DNA of 64,000 nt from Chthoniobacterales bacterium. Lineage in GTDB: Bacteria > Verrucomicrobiota > Verrucomicrobiia > Chthoniobacterales > DASVRZ01. Both the position numbers and the translations under genes were made by a program. Below the pieces are notes generated by a model, which did no database searches, was not told where the DNA came from, and saw only the letters and a list, made by a program, of their open reading frames with translations. The stretch covers positions 428,498 through 492,497 of the forward strand of contig JBBRNR010000001.1 in NCBI GenBank assembly GCA_038230215.1, given 5' to 3'. Positions within the stretch are counted from its first letter, which is position 1; each line of letters opens with the position of its first letter. Shown piece after piece: positions 46,819 through 57,305 of this stretch.

Positions 46819-47415
46819 ATGCCCGCGCAACCCCTTTTAATCGCCACCCGCAACGCCCACAAGACGGACGAGATTCGCCAGATGCTCGGCGCTGGTTACA
46901 CGGTGGAGGATTTGAATGTGCGCGCCGACTGGCCAGATATCGCTGAAACTGCCCTCACTTTTTTGGGCAACGCCAAACTCAAAGCACTCGGCATTTCCGC
47001 GATTTACGACGGCCTGGTGCTCTCCGACGACTCCGGGCTGGAAGTCGATGCGCTGGAAGGCGCGCCCGGTGTTTTCTCGGCCCGTTTCGCCGGGGAAAAA
47101 GCGACCGATGCGGAAAACCGCGCATTGCTTCTCGGAAAAATGTGCGGAGTTACAGTCCGATCAGCCCGCTTCCGCTGCGTGATGGTCTTGGCGCGGGGCG
47201 AGACGGTTCTGGGGAGTTTTTCTGGCGCGGTCGAGGGAAGGATTCTTGAGGAGGAGCGCGGCGACCACGGCTTCGGCTACGACTCGCTTTTCGTCCCCGA
47301 GGGATTTGATAAAACATTCGCCGAACTCCCCGCAGCAACGAAAAACCTCCTCAGCCACCGCGCCCGCGCTCTGGAGCAGGTCCTCGCGTTTTTAGGAAAC
47401 GCGGCTGCTGGGTGA
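46819..47415 (+). CDS. rdgB: non-canonical purine NTP pyrophosphatase (RdgB/HAM1)
   Basis: [42 protein letters not shown] motifs. Confidence 0.9.
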   Translation: MPAQPLLIATRNAHKTDEIRQMLGAGYTVEDLNVRADWPDIAETALTFLGNAKLKALGISAIYDGLVLSDDSGLEVDALEGAPGVFSARFAGEKATDAENRALLLGKMCGVTVRSARFRCVMVLARGETVLGSFSGAVEGRILEEERGDHGFGYDSLFVPEGFDKTFAELPAATKNLLSHRARALEQVLAFLGNAAAG

Positions 47416-47604
47416 TTTATTTCCCAAACACACAAATAGTCATCGCCTCTCACGGATTCGCTTGATAGCGTGCGCGGCATGGCTGCTCTGGCGACTCCCA
47501 ATTTGTGCAAAACGTCCGACGCGCGGAACGCGGGGTCCGTCGTCCCTTCCGTCAGCGGCAAAATCGGGTGCCACTCCGCTGGTTTTCAATTTACCGGGGG
47601 CTTT

Positions 47605-47898
47605 CTGCCCGGCCAGATCGCCTCTGGCGGCCCTGCCAGCAGCGTTCCGCTGGGCCGGATCGCCCCTTTCCATCCTGCAAGCCCCGTTCCTCTGGGCGGA
47701 TCGCCCCTTTCCATCCTGCAAGCCCCGTTCTGCTGGAGCGGATGGCCTCTTTTCATCCTGCAAGCACCCATCCTGTCCGCCAGATGACGCATTTCAAAAT
47801 GGAAAATGCCGTTCCTGTGGCCGGGTCTTGCATTTGTGGGATGAAATCTGTCCAAAACGGACACCTTTTCCCTATTATTTGACCAAACAGACCCATTT
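47605..47898. repeat. five ~42-bp tandem units plus ~85-nt conserved tail (copy 2 of the dispersed element)
   Basis: Units at 47605-47647, 47648-47689, 47690-47730, 47731-47772 and 47773-47814. Units 2 and 3 share an identical 33-nt core GGATCGCCCCTTTCCATCCTGCAAGCCCCGTTC. The tail at 47815-47898 matches 26167-26250. Confidence 0.85.
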
Positions 47899-47951
47899 CA
47901 CCAAAAACAACCCCTCCCCGTTTATCTCAACCAACCCACCCTAAAAACACC

Positions 47952-48701
47952 ATGCCCAACCGTCGCCTGCCCAATAGCACTCCTGCCGTCCTCCGCACTT
48001 TTCAGACCGCTTACGACACGTATTTGCTCACGCCCGTCGCCAGCGAACGCGCCATTACGCCCGAACAAATCGCCCACCTCAATCTCACCGTGCCGGGGTC
48101 GCTTTTCAGCCGGTTTAAGAAGGAAGCCAGCGAAGTCGATCTCGCACTCGCCGCCCAGGCTCCCCTGAGCAGCGACCTGGCGGTGAAGGTCGCGCGACTC
48201 ACGCTGTTCGTTTCGCATTTTCATCAAGTGCTCGACCTCGGCATCGCTCGCGGCACGTTTGCCGTCGGCGCGCGGACGTTCTACGGGCGCGACATCACCG
48301 CCACCATGTTGCCCGACCTCACGACTTACGTCGCCGTGGCCGAGGCGGCGCAAAAGATCGTCGATGGCGAAGTGGCGCGTCAGGCAGCCGAAGGTGCGAG
48401 TTTCAGAGCGATGGCGCTGCCCAGTGCCATGGAAGTCGGATCTGTTTTGACCGCCTACAAAGCCGCCGCCAGCGCCTCGCAAACCGCCGTGCGGAAAACC
48501 GACAAAGAGCGCGAGGACGTGGGCCTGCTCTACCCCGAAGCGCAGGCTTTGGCCGTCGATCTATGCGACACCGTGGAATTTTTCTACCGCAAAGACCCGT
48601 CCGACTCGTCAAGGAGAACCAAATGCCAACGCTGGGGCGTGGTCTATCTCTTCGATACCGCCGCAACTCCGGTGGTCATTCCGCCAGTGGTGACGCCGTA
48701 A
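47952..48701 (+). CDS. hypothetical protein (249 aa), orphan
   Basis: Clean ATG and Ala-rich helical composition. No motif recognised. Flanked by both repeat families. Confidence 0.5.
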   Translation: MPNRRLPNSTPAVLRTFQTAYDTYLLTPVASERAITPEQIAHLNLTVPGSLFSRFKKEASEVDLALAAQAPLSSDLAVKVARLTLFVSHFHQVLDLGIARGTFAVGARTFYGRDITATMLPDLTTYVAVAEAAQKIVDGEVARQAAEGASFRAMALPSAMEVGSVLTAYKAAASASQTAVRKTDKEREDVGLLYPEAQALAVDLCDTVEFFYRKDPSDSSRRTKCQRWGVVYLFDTAATPVVIPPVVTP

Positions 48702-48756
48702 GGGCAACGCGGGTTCGCAGAGAGGGATTAACGAATCCAGTAGAAGACGCTAATAC

Positions 48757-48902
48757 GTCTCGGGTAGTGCGGGCGTCTCGCCTGCTGAGTGAGGCATCTT
48801 GCCTCACTAATTTTCTTAAGCCGCTTTTCGCGGTGCTGCGAGAGGGACGGAACCGGGCAGGATGCCCGCTTCAGCAGGCGAGACGCCCGCACTACCCGAG
48901 AC
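48757..48902. repeat. perfect 32-bp inverted repeat with 82-nt spacer
   Basis: 48757-48788 GTCTCGGGTAGTGCGGGCGTCTCGCCTGCTGA is the exact reverse complement of 48871-48902. An inner hairpin GTGAGGCA-TCT-TGCCTCAC lies at 48789-48807. Confidence 0.9.
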
Positions 48903-48980
48903 CTGCCACGCAATTTTTTCCGCATCTTGTCCGTGTTCGAGTGGACGTTACCTCTCTCCGAGACTCCGTTAGCATAAGTT

Positions 48981-49145
48981 ATGCAGCCAAACTCCATCTC
49001 GAGCGAAATCCGGTCCACTCGCGACGAACTCGCACGGAAGTCGGGCTACAACGTTCGCAAGCTGATGGATCGCGTGCGGAAGCAGGAGAAAGTGGTGACA
49101 CCAACCGCTCTGCCGAAGTTGGAAAAAGAGAAGGCGCACTGGTAG
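48981..49145 (+). CDS. possible 54-aa small ORF
   Basis: Translation from ATG 48981 to TAG 49143-49145 is MQPNSISSEIRSTRDELARKSGYNVRKLMDRVRKQEKVVTPTALPKLEKEKAHW. It is followed by a terminator-like hairpin. Not in the track (under 60 aa). Confidence 0.25.
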   Translation: MQPNSISSEIRSTRDELARKSGYNVRKLMDRVRKQEKVVTPTALPKLEKEKAHW

Positions 49146-49171
49146 ATTTCACCCCTGCGGGAAACAAAAAT

Positions 49172-49211
49172 GGCGGTCGAGTCGTGGGACTGGCCGCCGT
49201 TTTCGTTTTTT
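49172..49211. terminator. terminator-like hairpin with T-tract, usable from both strands
   Basis: GGCGGTC (49172-49178) pairs with GGCCGCC (49192-49198, one G-U pair) and is followed by GTTTTCGTTTTTT. An A-rich run lies upstream, which would serve the opposite strand. Confidence 0.45.
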
Positions 49212-49219
49212 GATTGGAG

Positions 49220-49432
49220 TTACATCCGAGTCTTCCAAACAGCCGAGGATGAGCTTTTTGAGTGTCGCCACCATGCAAATCCTCCCGCGACGATGAATAG
49301 CAAAACGCCGGTCGCTAAATAGAGTCGCGACGAATGAGTTACTGTGATGTTGGAAATACCGTAATAAGTGTCTTTAACCTGAATGAAGACCGCGTTTTTG
49401 GTGAACTCGATTCCGTAGTCCCCGATTTTCAT
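49220..49432 (-). CDS. possible small membrane protein (70 aa)
   Basis: One hydrophobic segment LYLATGVLLFIVAGGFAWW. Locally lower GC. No homology recognised. Confidence 0.3.
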   Translation of the reverse strand: MKIGDYGIEFTKNAVFIQVKDTYYGISNITVTHSSRLYLATGVLLFIVAGGFAWWRHSKSSSSAVWKTRM

Positions 49433-49439
49433 CGTCCGC

Positions 49440-50393
49440 TTACAGCCGGGCCTGGATGAGTTTCTCCAGCTTCACGATGTCGGCGCAGAAGGCTCGGATG
49501 CCTTGGGCGGTTTTTTCGGTGGCCATGGCGTCGTCATTTAACTGCAACCGGAATGATTTTTCGTCGAGCTTGATCTCGGGGATGTCGAGGCTTTTGGCGT
49601 TGGCTTCGTTGAGTTTCTCGGTGAGCGGGTCGGTGCTGGCTTTGAGTTCGGCGAGCAGGCTCGGGCTGATGGTGAGGAGGTCGCAGCCGGCGAGTTCGAC
49701 GATCTGGCTTTTGTTGCGGAAGCTGGCGCCCATGACTTCGGTCTTGTGGCCGTATTTTTTGTAGTAGTTGTAGATGGTGGTGACGCTTTGCACGCCGGGG
49801 TCTTCGGCGCCGGTGTAGTCGCGTTTCTCGGCGGCTTTATACCAGTCGTAAATGCGGCCGACGAAGGGCGAGATGAGTTGCACTTTGGCGTTGGCGCAGG
49901 CGACTGCCTGGGTGAGGGAGAAGAGGAGAGTGAGATTGCAATGGATGCCTTCCTTTTCGAGGATTTCGGCGGCGCGGATTCCTTCCCAAGTGGAGGCGAT
50001 TTTGATGAGGATGCGGTCTTTGGAGATGCCGGCAGCTTCGTAGAGGGCGATGAGTTCGCGGCCTTTTTTGACGGTGCCCTCGGTGTCGAAGGAAAGGCGG
50101 GCGTCGGTCTCGGTGCTGACACGGCCGGGGACGATCTTCAGGATTTCCAGGCCAAAGGCGACGAGGACGTGGTCGATGATGGTTTCGACGGAGGCTTTCT
50201 GGGATTCGAGGTCTTTGAGGACGCCTTGCAGGAGGTGGTCGTAGGCGGGTTTGCTGACGGCCTGAAGGATGAGGCTGGGGTTGGTGGTGGCGTCCTGCGG
50301 GGTGAACTCGCGAATCGACTCGAAGTCGCCCGTGTCGGCGACAACGGTCGTGAAGTTTTTCAGGGCGGAAAGTTGGTCGGTGGCGGTGCTCAT
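49440..50393 (-). CDS. tal: transaldolase
   Basis: [39 protein letters not shown] (the Schiff-base Lys is in the IKIAST context). Confidence 0.95.
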   Translation of the reverse strand: MSTATDQLSALKNFTTVVADTGDFESIREFTPQDATTNPSLILQAVSKPAYDHLLQGVLKDLESQKASVETIIDHVLVAFGLEILKIVPGRVSTETDARLSFDTEGTVKKGRELIALYEAAGISKDRILIKIASTWEGIRAAEILEKEGIHCNLTLLFSLTQAVACANAKVQLISPFVGRIYDWYKAAEKRDYTGAEDPGVQSVTTIYNYYKKYGHKTEVMGASFRNKSQIVELAGCDLLTISPSLLAELKASTDPLTEKLNEANAKSLDIPEIKLDEKSFRLQLNDDAMATEKTAQGIRAFCADIVKLEKLIQARL

Positions 50394-50438
50394 AGGACGG
50401 CTTAACTAGCGCGGGATGAGGGGTGTGGAAAGGGAATT

Positions 50439-51281
50439 TTAGCCTCGAAGGAGCTTTAACCCAGACCCGCTCGCGAGGAGAACGAGGAAAATCGCGCCTG
50501 CCACGAGGAGGGCTAAAAGGGCTAACGCCAGAAGATGAATGGGCCGGCTGACCGGCTGCGACTGGCCGAGGGAATAATCGAGATGGAAGTCGAGGTCGGT
50601 AATTGTTTCGCGGAGCGCGAGGACGCGGGCGAGGATGCCAGGCTGGTTCATCGGGGCGATGCCGACGTCTGCAAGTTCATGGCCGATGTGGGCAAAATGG
50701 GTGGCTTTCTTTTGCTGCAACTGGTTGAGCTGCGCTTCCAATGTCTTCAGATCGGTCTGGAGACGGTCGAGTTCCAACCGGTTCTGCCGCTCGTCTCTGG
50801 CGAGAATTTCCCGCAAACTCTGGAGTAGCGCGCGGGTCTCGCGGAGCGCGGCCTCATCGGCGGCGAGGGTTTTTTCGTCGCTCTCGATCAAGTAAAATGC
50901 GGCTTTGCGGGCGCGCTCGACCTCGAGCACCTGGGCGAGGCGCTGGGCGTGGGCTTCACGTTGAGCGGCGTCGGTTTCGCAGGCTGCGATTTGTTGATGA
51001 AGCTCGACCATGCGGGTGTGGGAGTCGGATTGGTGCCCGGCGATTTGCTCTTTTTGCTCGGCAATCTCAAAAATGAGCCGCGCCTGAGCCTGCTCGGTCG
51101 TCTGCAACTCGCGCACATTCCGGTCATTCGGATCGAAGTCCGCCTGCTGCCAGCCGAGTTCCCCCAATTGCCGCTCGGCCACACATAGCCTACGACGAGC
51201 CCACCAAAGCTGCGAACGCCAAGTCGTGCGGGCGGCGAGGCGCCGGCACTCCTGCCAACATGCGGGCCAGAGTGGATTCAT
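50439..51281 (-). CDS. coiled-coil protein with C-terminal membrane anchor
   Basis: Start chosen at MNPLWPACWQ (51281), because the longer track ORF would overlap the divergent gene. Long heptad-like Gln/Glu/Leu/Arg region and C-terminal transmembrane segment LLALALLALLVAGAIFLVLLA. Confidence 0.45.
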   Translation of the reverse strand: MNPLWPACWQECRRLAARTTWRSQLWWARRRLCVAERQLGELGWQQADFDPNDRNVRELQTTEQAQARLIFEIAEQKEQIAGHQSDSHTRMVELHQQIAACETDAAQREAHAQRLAQVLEVERARKAAFYLIESDEKTLAADEAALRETRALLQSLREILARDERQNRLELDRLQTDLKTLEAQLNQLQQKKATHFAHIGHELADVGIAPMNQPGILARVLALRETITDLDFHLDYSLGQSQPVSRPIHLLALALLALLVAGAIFLVLLASGSGLKLLRG

Positions 51282-51389
51282 TTTTCGGGGGGAGAAAGGA
51301 TGAGGCACTAACATAGGACGTTTTGGCTTCGAGATGAAACAAAAAAACGTCCGTTGCCAGCTGGGTAAAACATCACGAGTTTGAGTGCG

Positions 51390-51872
51390 ATGGAACTCAT
51401 GATCTGGCTCGTGATCGTTCTGCTGATGCTCGCTGGCATCGCGGGAACCTTGTTGCCGCTGATCCCGGGTCATGTGCTGATTCTCACGGGCGCGGTGGTA
51501 CATCGGCTGGCCTTCCACGAGCGCGGGGTGAGTTGGATCGTAATCACGATTCTGGCCGCGCTAGTGCTGGTAGGTCTGGCAGTGGATTTCCTGAGCGGCG
51601 CGGCGGGTGCAAAATATTTCGGGGCCACGCGCTGGGGTGCACTCGGCGGAATCCTGGGAACAATCGTCGGGCTGTTTTTCGGTTTGATCGGAATGATCGC
51701 GGGGCCGCTGATCGGCGTCTTGCTCGGGGAGTTGCTCGGAGGCCAGGGTCTGCTCCCCGCAGGCAAATCGACTTGGGGCACTTTCCTCGGCGGCGTCGCC
51801 GGAGCGATCATCAAATTTACAGTGGCTGTGGTGATGGTGGCTGTGTTTGCCGGTTCGCTCCTGATTTCCTGA
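51390..51872 (+). CDS. DUF456 family membrane protein
   Basis: MELMIWLVIVLLMLAGIAGTLLPLIPG... and Gly-rich transmembrane segments typical of DUF456. I prefer the ATG at 51390 over the TTG at 51381. Confidence 0.6.
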   Translation: MELMIWLVIVLLMLAGIAGTLLPLIPGHVLILTGAVVHRLAFHERGVSWIVITILAALVLVGLAVDFLSGAAGAKYFGATRWGALGGILGTIVGLFFGLIGMIAGPLIGVLLGELLGGQGLLPAGKSTWGTFLGGVAGAIIKFTVAVVMVAVFAGSLLIS

Positions 51873-51904
51873 TTTCCTGATTCCGTTTTTCTGCTAGATT
51901 CCCA

Positions 51905-52327
51905 GCGTCCGACAGACGATCGCTGGTTTCGCGCAAGCAGAGCTGGAGGAAAGTCCGAACACCACAAGGCAATCCGCCGCGTAAAATGCGCGGGAGTTTT
52001 CGATGAAAATCAGATTCGACGGAAAGTGTCACAGAAAACAAACCGCCTCATGAGCAATCACGAGGTCAGGGTGAAAAGGCGGGGTAAGAGCCCACCGGGC
52101 GCGTTGTAAAATGCGCCGCATGACAAACCCCGGATGGTGCAAGACAAAACAGGAGATCCGAGCCGCCTGCTCATCCGCTGGCAACAGCGAAATCTCCGGG
52201 TAATAGTCGCATTCGAATCGCAAGATTCAGCGGCTCATTCCGATGCAAGTCGGATTGGGTTGAGATAAATGATCGTCACGGCTGCGGGCAACCGGAGCCG
52301 GACAAAATTCGGCTTATCGTCGGACAC
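51905..52327 (+). ncRNA. rnpB: RNase P RNA, bacterial type A
   Basis: Universal blocks GGAGGAAAGTCCGAACACC (51945-51963), ACAGAAAACAAACCGCC, GGGTGAAAAGGCGGGGTAAGAGCCCACCG, CAAACCCCGGATGGTGCAAGACAAAAC, AGATAAATGATCG and ACAAAATTCGGCTTA. P1 pairs GTCCGAC (51907-51913) with GTCGGAC (52319-52325). The ends are approximate. Confidence 0.85.
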
Positions 52328-52378
52328 CACGGCGGCTATTCGGAGAAATCCGGGTGGCCGCCACCTTGTTGGTGGGAA

Positions 52379-53089
52379 CTAGGACGAGCGGAGTTCCAAT
52401 GAATTGGGAGCCAGGATTTCCGCCATCCAGGTGAACATCGTCACCCAAAACGTCAGCGCCAGACAAAAAATCGGAATCTGCAAAATCTGCGGCAGACAGT
52501 AAACGATGCTAACCACTGGAAGCCACACGCTCCAGGTCGCGATCAAACCCGGAAAGATACGCGTGCCATACCATTTCCAAGTGAAAAACTCGCCGGACCA
52601 GCGGTAGCCGCGATTTTTCCATTCGTAGAGCGTGACGCCGACCGGCGCGGCCAGAATCGGGTTGTAGAGAAACTGATCGACGCAGACCTTTTTCAAGAGC
52701 GTGAGAGGGTGGGCGTCATTTCCAAACCACTCCGCCTGTCCACGATACAGCAGATCGACCCAGATGCCCTGCATGCCCCAATAAGGAACCGAAAACGCGA
52801 GGTTGGCCCAGTTCCGTGCGGCGACACGGCCTTTTTGAAAAAAAACCACGCGCAGGATTTCCGGCAACACACCACCCGCGATCATGGCGGAGACCGATGA
52901 GAAAAGCAGCCCGCCGTGTAACTTCCAGAGTCCGATTTGGTCAAAAATAGGCCGCGCCCCCGATACCAGATAATAGGCGAGCACCACACAGATCATGACA
53001 CTTTGCACCACCAGCCCAGGCAACAAAGTGGCCCGCGCCGCAGCCAATCCAGCTCTCAGCGGATGGAGTTTGGCAGGCAAGGGCGGCAT
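52379..53089 (-). CDS. polytopic membrane protein (Mpv17/PMP22-like?)
   Basis: The 236-aa protein has about 6 hydrophobic segments and a Trp/Tyr-rich loop. Weak family guess. Confidence 0.4.
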   Translation of the reverse strand: MPPLPAKLHPLRAGLAAARATLLPGLVVQSVMICVVLAYYLVSGARPIFDQIGLWKLHGGLLFSSVSAMIAGGVLPEILRVVFFQKGRVAARNWANLAFSVPYWGMQGIWVDLLYRGQAEWFGNDAHPLTLLKKVCVDQFLYNPILAAPVGVTLYEWKNRGYRWSGEFFTWKWYGTRIFPGLIATWSVWLPVVSIVYCLPQILQIPIFCLALTFWVTMFTWMAEILAPNSLELRSS

Positions 53090-53421
53090 TTCGCGGAAAC
53101 CATGGCGTGATTCAACGGGTTGTCCAGCTTAGTCCCAAAATCCTCCGGGTATAAGATTTCTTAATAACAGCCTGTTTTTCCATTGACCTTGGGCGGTAGT
53201 CCGAAATAAAAGAAAGATTCAACTTGGCAGAATTCTTATTGATAATGAAAAGCGGATTCATAATCTCTGGCGCGGCAAACGAAGCGATTCCTTGATTTCT
53301 TCTGCTGCCATAGCCTAAAACCACCAACTCATTTGTGAACACCACCAGCCAACCCTTCATCAGCTCCCTGATCGAGCTGGCGCGTTTCACAATCGCGCCC
53401 CACGGCCCCATTCAATAAGTC

Positions 53422-54084
53422 ATGGCCAATATTTTCCCACGCTGGTCGAATCAGCTTCCACTCAAAGTCCTCGTCTGCGTGGCCGTCCTCGGAGCCGCCA
53501 TCACCTGCGGAGTGGCCTACTACTTTACTCCGAAATACACTCGCGTCGGTTATCAGCCAATCCAGCCGGTGCCGTTTCAGCACGACATCCACGTTAACCA
53601 GCTAGGGATGGATTGCCGCTACTGCCATTCCAACGTCGAAGTCTCCGCCCACTCAAACATTCCCACGGCGCAGACCTGCATGAACTGCCACTCGCAGATT
53701 CAGAAAAACAACCCGAAACTCGCTGCTCTCAAGACCGCTTGGGAAACCGGCCTGCCCCTGCCCTGGGTGCGCATCCATTACGCGCCAGATTACGCGTATT
53801 TCAACCACTCCGTGCACGTCAATCGCGGCGTCAGTTGCGTCAGTTGCCACGGAAACATCAATCGCATGGAAGTCGTCTGGCACGACCAGCCGCAAAGCAT
53901 GAGCTGGTGTCTGGACTGCCATCGCAACCCCGAAAAACACGTTCGTCCAATGGAGCAAGTCTTCAATCTCGACTGGAAACCTGAAGGCAAGGATCCGCAA
54001 AAAGCTCAAAACGAAATCGGCACCCAGCTCGTAAAAGAATGGGCCATCCGCCCGCCGCAAAACTGCGGAGGCTGCCACCGCTAA
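53422..54084 (+). CDS. actA: alternative complex III subunit ActA, pentaheme cytochrome c
   Basis: N-terminal transmembrane segment and five CxxCH motifs (CRYCH, CMNCH, CVSCH, CLDCH, CGGCH). First gene of the act operon. Confidence 0.85.
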   Translation: MANIFPRWSNQLPLKVLVCVAVLGAAITCGVAYYFTPKYTRVGYQPIQPVPFQHDIHVNQLGMDCRYCHSNVEVSAHSNIPTAQTCMNCHSQIQKNNPKLAALKTAWETGLPLPWVRIHYAPDYAYFNHSVHVNRGVSCVSCHGNINRMEVVWHDQPQSMSWCLDCHRNPEKHVRPMEQVFNLDWKPEGKDPQKAQNEIGTQLVKEWAIRPPQNCGGCHR

Positions 54085-54095
54085 TCACCAGGTCA

Positions 54096-57000
54096 ATGAA
54101 ACGTATTTTACAACACCCAACCGAGGTCGCGACCGGCAAAAAATATTGGCGCAACGTCGAAGAACTGGCCGATACCCCGTCATTTCGCGGCTGGCTGGCG
54201 CGCGAGTTTCCCCAAGGTGCCGCCGAAATGGAGCTGGATGGCCCCGATGGGTTGAGCCGCCGCAGTTTCGTGCAAATCATGGGTGCCTCTCTGGCATTGG
54301 CTGGCTTCGGATTCAGCGGCTGCCGTCGTCCGGAAATCCAGTTTGCCGCACTCTCGAAGAGTGTGGAATGGAGCATTCCCGGGAAGGCTCTTTACTATGC
54401 CAGCGCGATGCCTCGTCGTGGTGGCGCGATGCCCTTGATGGTAACCACCAACGATGGTCGTCCAACAAAGATCGAAGGTAATCTGCTACATCCGTCGAGC
54501 GGAGGTTCGACCGATTTGCAGGCTCAGGCGACGATTCTCGACCTCTACAATCCAGATCGCTCCAGAACATTTGTTGGCCACGGCCAAAAATCCGAGAGAT
54601 CCGAGTTTGAGCGTTATCTAAAAGATCTTCTTGGTAAAGTCGGCACCGGTGCGGGAATGGCTTTCCTTTCCGATGTCAGCAACTCGCCGACCCGCGCACG
54701 TCTTCAAAAGGAGGTTTTAGCGAAATATCCTGGTGCCAAATTCCACGTTTATGATCCAACCGGCAGCCTTCAGCACGAAGCGGTCGCCTCAGCTTTCGGC
54801 GATGGCGTCGCGCTGAAATACAATCTCGAAAAGGCGAACGTCATTCTCGCAGTGGATTCTGATTTCCTCGGCATCGACGCCATTGGAACGGAAGTCACCC
54901 GTCAATTTTCCCGCCGCCGCAATCCCTCTGGCAAAATGAACCGCCTCTACGCGGTCGAAAATCGCTACACGATCACCGGGGGAATGGCCGATCATCGTCT
55001 GCGCCTCAAGGCCAGTCTGGTTCCAGCCTTTCTTGTAGCGCTCGCAAAAGAATTGGGAGTCGCTGCGACCGCGACAGGCACCGCTGATCTCGGAGCCAGT
55101 GCCGAGTGGATCAAGGAATGCGCCACTGATTTGCTGTCCGCCAAGGGAACGAGTCTCGTCTTCGTCGGACCCCACCAGCCCGTCGAAGTGCAGGCGCTCG
55201 GGTTCGCCATCAATCAAGCCCTGGGCAACATCGGCTCCACTATTTTGGGAGTCGCTGTTCCTCCTGCCGCCGCCGGAACACTGGCTGATCTGGTCGCGTC
55301 CATCAAAGCCAAGGCGATTTCGACGCTCTTCATTCTGGAGTCCAACCCGGTTTACACCGCTCCAGCGGACTTCCAATTTGCTGAACTGCTCAAGTCCGTT
55401 GCAGATGTCATTCATGTCGGTCTTCGCACGGACGCCACGGCTCAAGCGGCCAAATGGCATGTTCCAGGAACGCATTTTCTCGAAAGCTGGGACGATGCCT
55501 TCACCCCCGATGGGACTTACGTTCCGGTGCAGCCGATGATTCTGCCGCTTTTCGGAGGGCTTTCTATTAACGATGTGCTTTCGCTCGTTGCCGGGCTTCC
55601 GGTTCCGACCGGAGCGGAGTTGGTCAAAGCAACTTTCGACACCCTCGCCGCCGGAACTGACTGGCCGAAATTTCTCCAAAACGGCTATCTCGACATTCCC
55701 GCCGCCGTGGCTCCGCTCGCCTTCCGTGGATCGGCCCCGATGATTACGATCCCGAGTGACAAAGGAATCGAAATCGTTTTCCCGCCAGATTACAAAATTT
55801 CTGATGGCCACAGCATCGACAACGGCTGGCTGCACGAATTGCCAGACCCGATCACGAAGCTGACCTGGGACAACGCGGCACTCATTAGCCGCAAAACAGC
55901 CACCTCACTCGATCTCGCCCGGGCGAGCGATCCACTGGTTCGTTCCGACGAGGCGCACTTGGATAGCGATGTTGTTAAAATCACGGTGAATGGACGCAGC
56001 TTGGAGGTGCCCGTTCTGGTGACTCCGGGTCATGCGGACGACTCGATCACGCTACCTCGCGGCTACGGCCATGCCCCCGGCACCACTGGCAAAATCGGCA
56101 CCGGAGTCGGGTTCAATGCCTTTCAGCTCATCAGTTCGACCACCCCCTATGTTGCCGTGGCGACCGTGGAAAGAACTGGGAAACAATATAAACTCGCCCT
56201 TACCCAGGAGCACAATCAGATGGAAGGCCGCGCGCTCGTTCGCGAAGCCACCGCTGAGAAATTTGCCAAGGAACCCGAGTTTGCGAAAACAATGCACATC
56301 GACGGACATATTCCGCCGAATATCTCGCTCTACAAATCGCCGCCGCTGACCATGCCCGAGCAATGGGGCATGATGATCGATCTGAACACCTGCACTGGCT
56401 GCAGCACTTGCACGATTGCCTGCCAGGCGGAAAATAACATCCCCATCGTCGGCAAACAGCAGGTCATCAATAACCGCGAAATGCACTGGTTGCGTATTGA
56501 TCGCTACTTCGCCACGGCTGGTGACGAGCACAATGAAACGGAACCCGAAATGGTCATGCAGCCAATGGGTTGTCAGCAATGCGAAAACGCCCCGTGCGAG
56601 ACGGTTTGTCCGGTCAACGCCACGGTGCACAGCCCGGACGGCCTCAATGTGATGGCTTACAACCGCTGTATCGGCACGCGTTATTGCGCAAACAACTGCC
56701 CTTTCAAGGTGCGCCGCTTCAATTTTTTCAACTACAACGAGCGTCCGATCGAGAAAATCAAGGTCGGCATCCTGCCCGAGGCTAGCGGTCTTTATTATGG
56801 GCCTCTCGCTCCGAAAGGCACCGAGGAGCTCACGAAGATGCAGAAAAATCCGAACGTCACGGTTCGCATTCGGGGCGTCATGGAGAAATGCACCTACTGC
56901 ATCCAGCGCATCGAAGAAGGCCGCATCAGTTCGCGCATTAAGGCGGGCGCGTCTGACAAATTGAGAATTCCTACGGACTCGATTCAATCCGCCTGCATGC

Positions 57001-57305
57001 AGGCCTGCCCGACCGAGGCGATCACCTTCGGCGATTTGCGCGACCCAGACAGCGCAGTGGCCAAACTGCTAGACAACCCTCGCCGCTATCGCCTGCTGGA
57101 ATATTTAGACGTTCGCACCCGCACCAGCTATCTGGCGCGCATTCGCAACCCAAATCCAAAAATGCCCGGAGCTGAGAAAATCGCCGACATTTATCCCGAC
57201 GAATACGAGTCTCTTCACGGCGAGGGCGCCCCCGGCGGCCATGGTCCCGCGAAAAACCCGGACGAGTTGCATTCCAATCCAGAACCCGCAGGAGCACATC
57301 ACTAA
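54096..57305 (+). CDS. actB: alternative complex III subunit ActB (molybdopterin-like domain fused to 4Fe-4S ferredoxin domain)
   Basis: Start MKRILQHP (54096). Tat-like [18 protein letters not shown]-terminal Cys clusters [39 protein letters not shown]...CMQAC. Confidence 0.9.
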   Translation: MKRILQHPTEVATGKKYWRNVEELADTPSFRGWLAREFPQGAAEMELDGPDGLSRRSFVQIMGASLALAGFGFSGCRRPEIQFAALSKSVEWSIPGKALYYASAMPRRGGAMPLMVTTNDGRPTKIEGNLLHPSSGGSTDLQAQATILDLYNPDRSRTFVGHGQKSERSEFERYLKDLLGKVGTGAGMAFLSDVSNSPTRARLQKEVLAKYPGAKFHVYDPTGSLQHEAVASAFGDGVALKYNLEKANVILAVDSDFLGIDAIGTEVTRQFSRRRNPSGKMNRLYAVENRYTITGGMADHRLRLKASLVPAFLVALAKELGVAATATGTADLGASAEWIKECATDLLSAKGTSLVFVGPHQPVEVQALGFAINQALGNIGSTILGVAVPPAAAGTLADLVASIKAKAISTLFILESNPVYTAPADFQFAELLKSVADVIHVGLRTDATAQAAKWHVPGTHFLESWDDAFTPDGTYVPVQPMILPLFGGLSINDVLSLVAGLPVPTGAELVKATFDTLAAGTDWPKFLQNGYLDIPAAVAPLAFRGSAPMITIPSDKGIEIVFPPDYKISDGHSIDNGWLHELPDPITKLTWDNAALISRKTATSLDLARASDPLVRSDEAHLDSDVVKITVNGRSLEVPVLVTPGHADDSITLPRGYGHAPGTTGKIGTGVGFNAFQLISSTTPYVAVATVERTGKQYKLALTQEHNQMEGRALVREATAEKFAKEPEFAKTMHIDGHIPPNISLYKSPPLTMPEQWGMMIDLNTCTGCSTCTIACQAENNIPIVGKQQVINNREMHWLRIDRYFATAGDEHNETEPEMVMQPMGCQQCENAPCETVCPVNATVHSPDGLNVMAYNRCIGTRYCANNCPFKVRRFNFFNYNERPIEKIKVGILPEASGLYYGPLAPKGTEELTKMQKNPNVTVRIRGVMEKCTYCIQRIEEGRISSRIKAGASDKLRIPTDSIQSACMQACPTEAITFGDLRDPDSAVAKLLDNPRRYRLLEYLDVRTRTSYLARIRNPNPKMPGAEKIADIYPDEYESLHGEGAPGGHGPAKNPDELHSNPEPAGAHH

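Noticed and set aside
47605-47814. Possibility that the 42-bp tandem units are a CRISPR array
   Set aside because: The units abut directly with no unique spacers, they are degenerate, and no cas genes or leader are nearby.
47440-47944. Several overlapping ORFs (up to 160 aa) on both strands across the 42-bp tandem repeat
   Set aside because: All six frames are open because of the repeat composition. The translations are repetitive Pro/Gly/Arg/Ala strings. The same applies to 25713..26216 and 26105..26545 at copy 1.
51817-52223. Two minus-strand ORFs (74 and 64 aa) between DUF456 and the membrane protein gene
   Set aside because: They lie inside the RNase P RNA gene, which is identified by its universal conserved blocks on the plus strand.
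53112-53411. 99-aa minus-strand ORF upstream of actA
   Set aside because: It lies in the AT-rich putative regulatory region, has odd composition and has no recognisable motif. Treated as non-coding.
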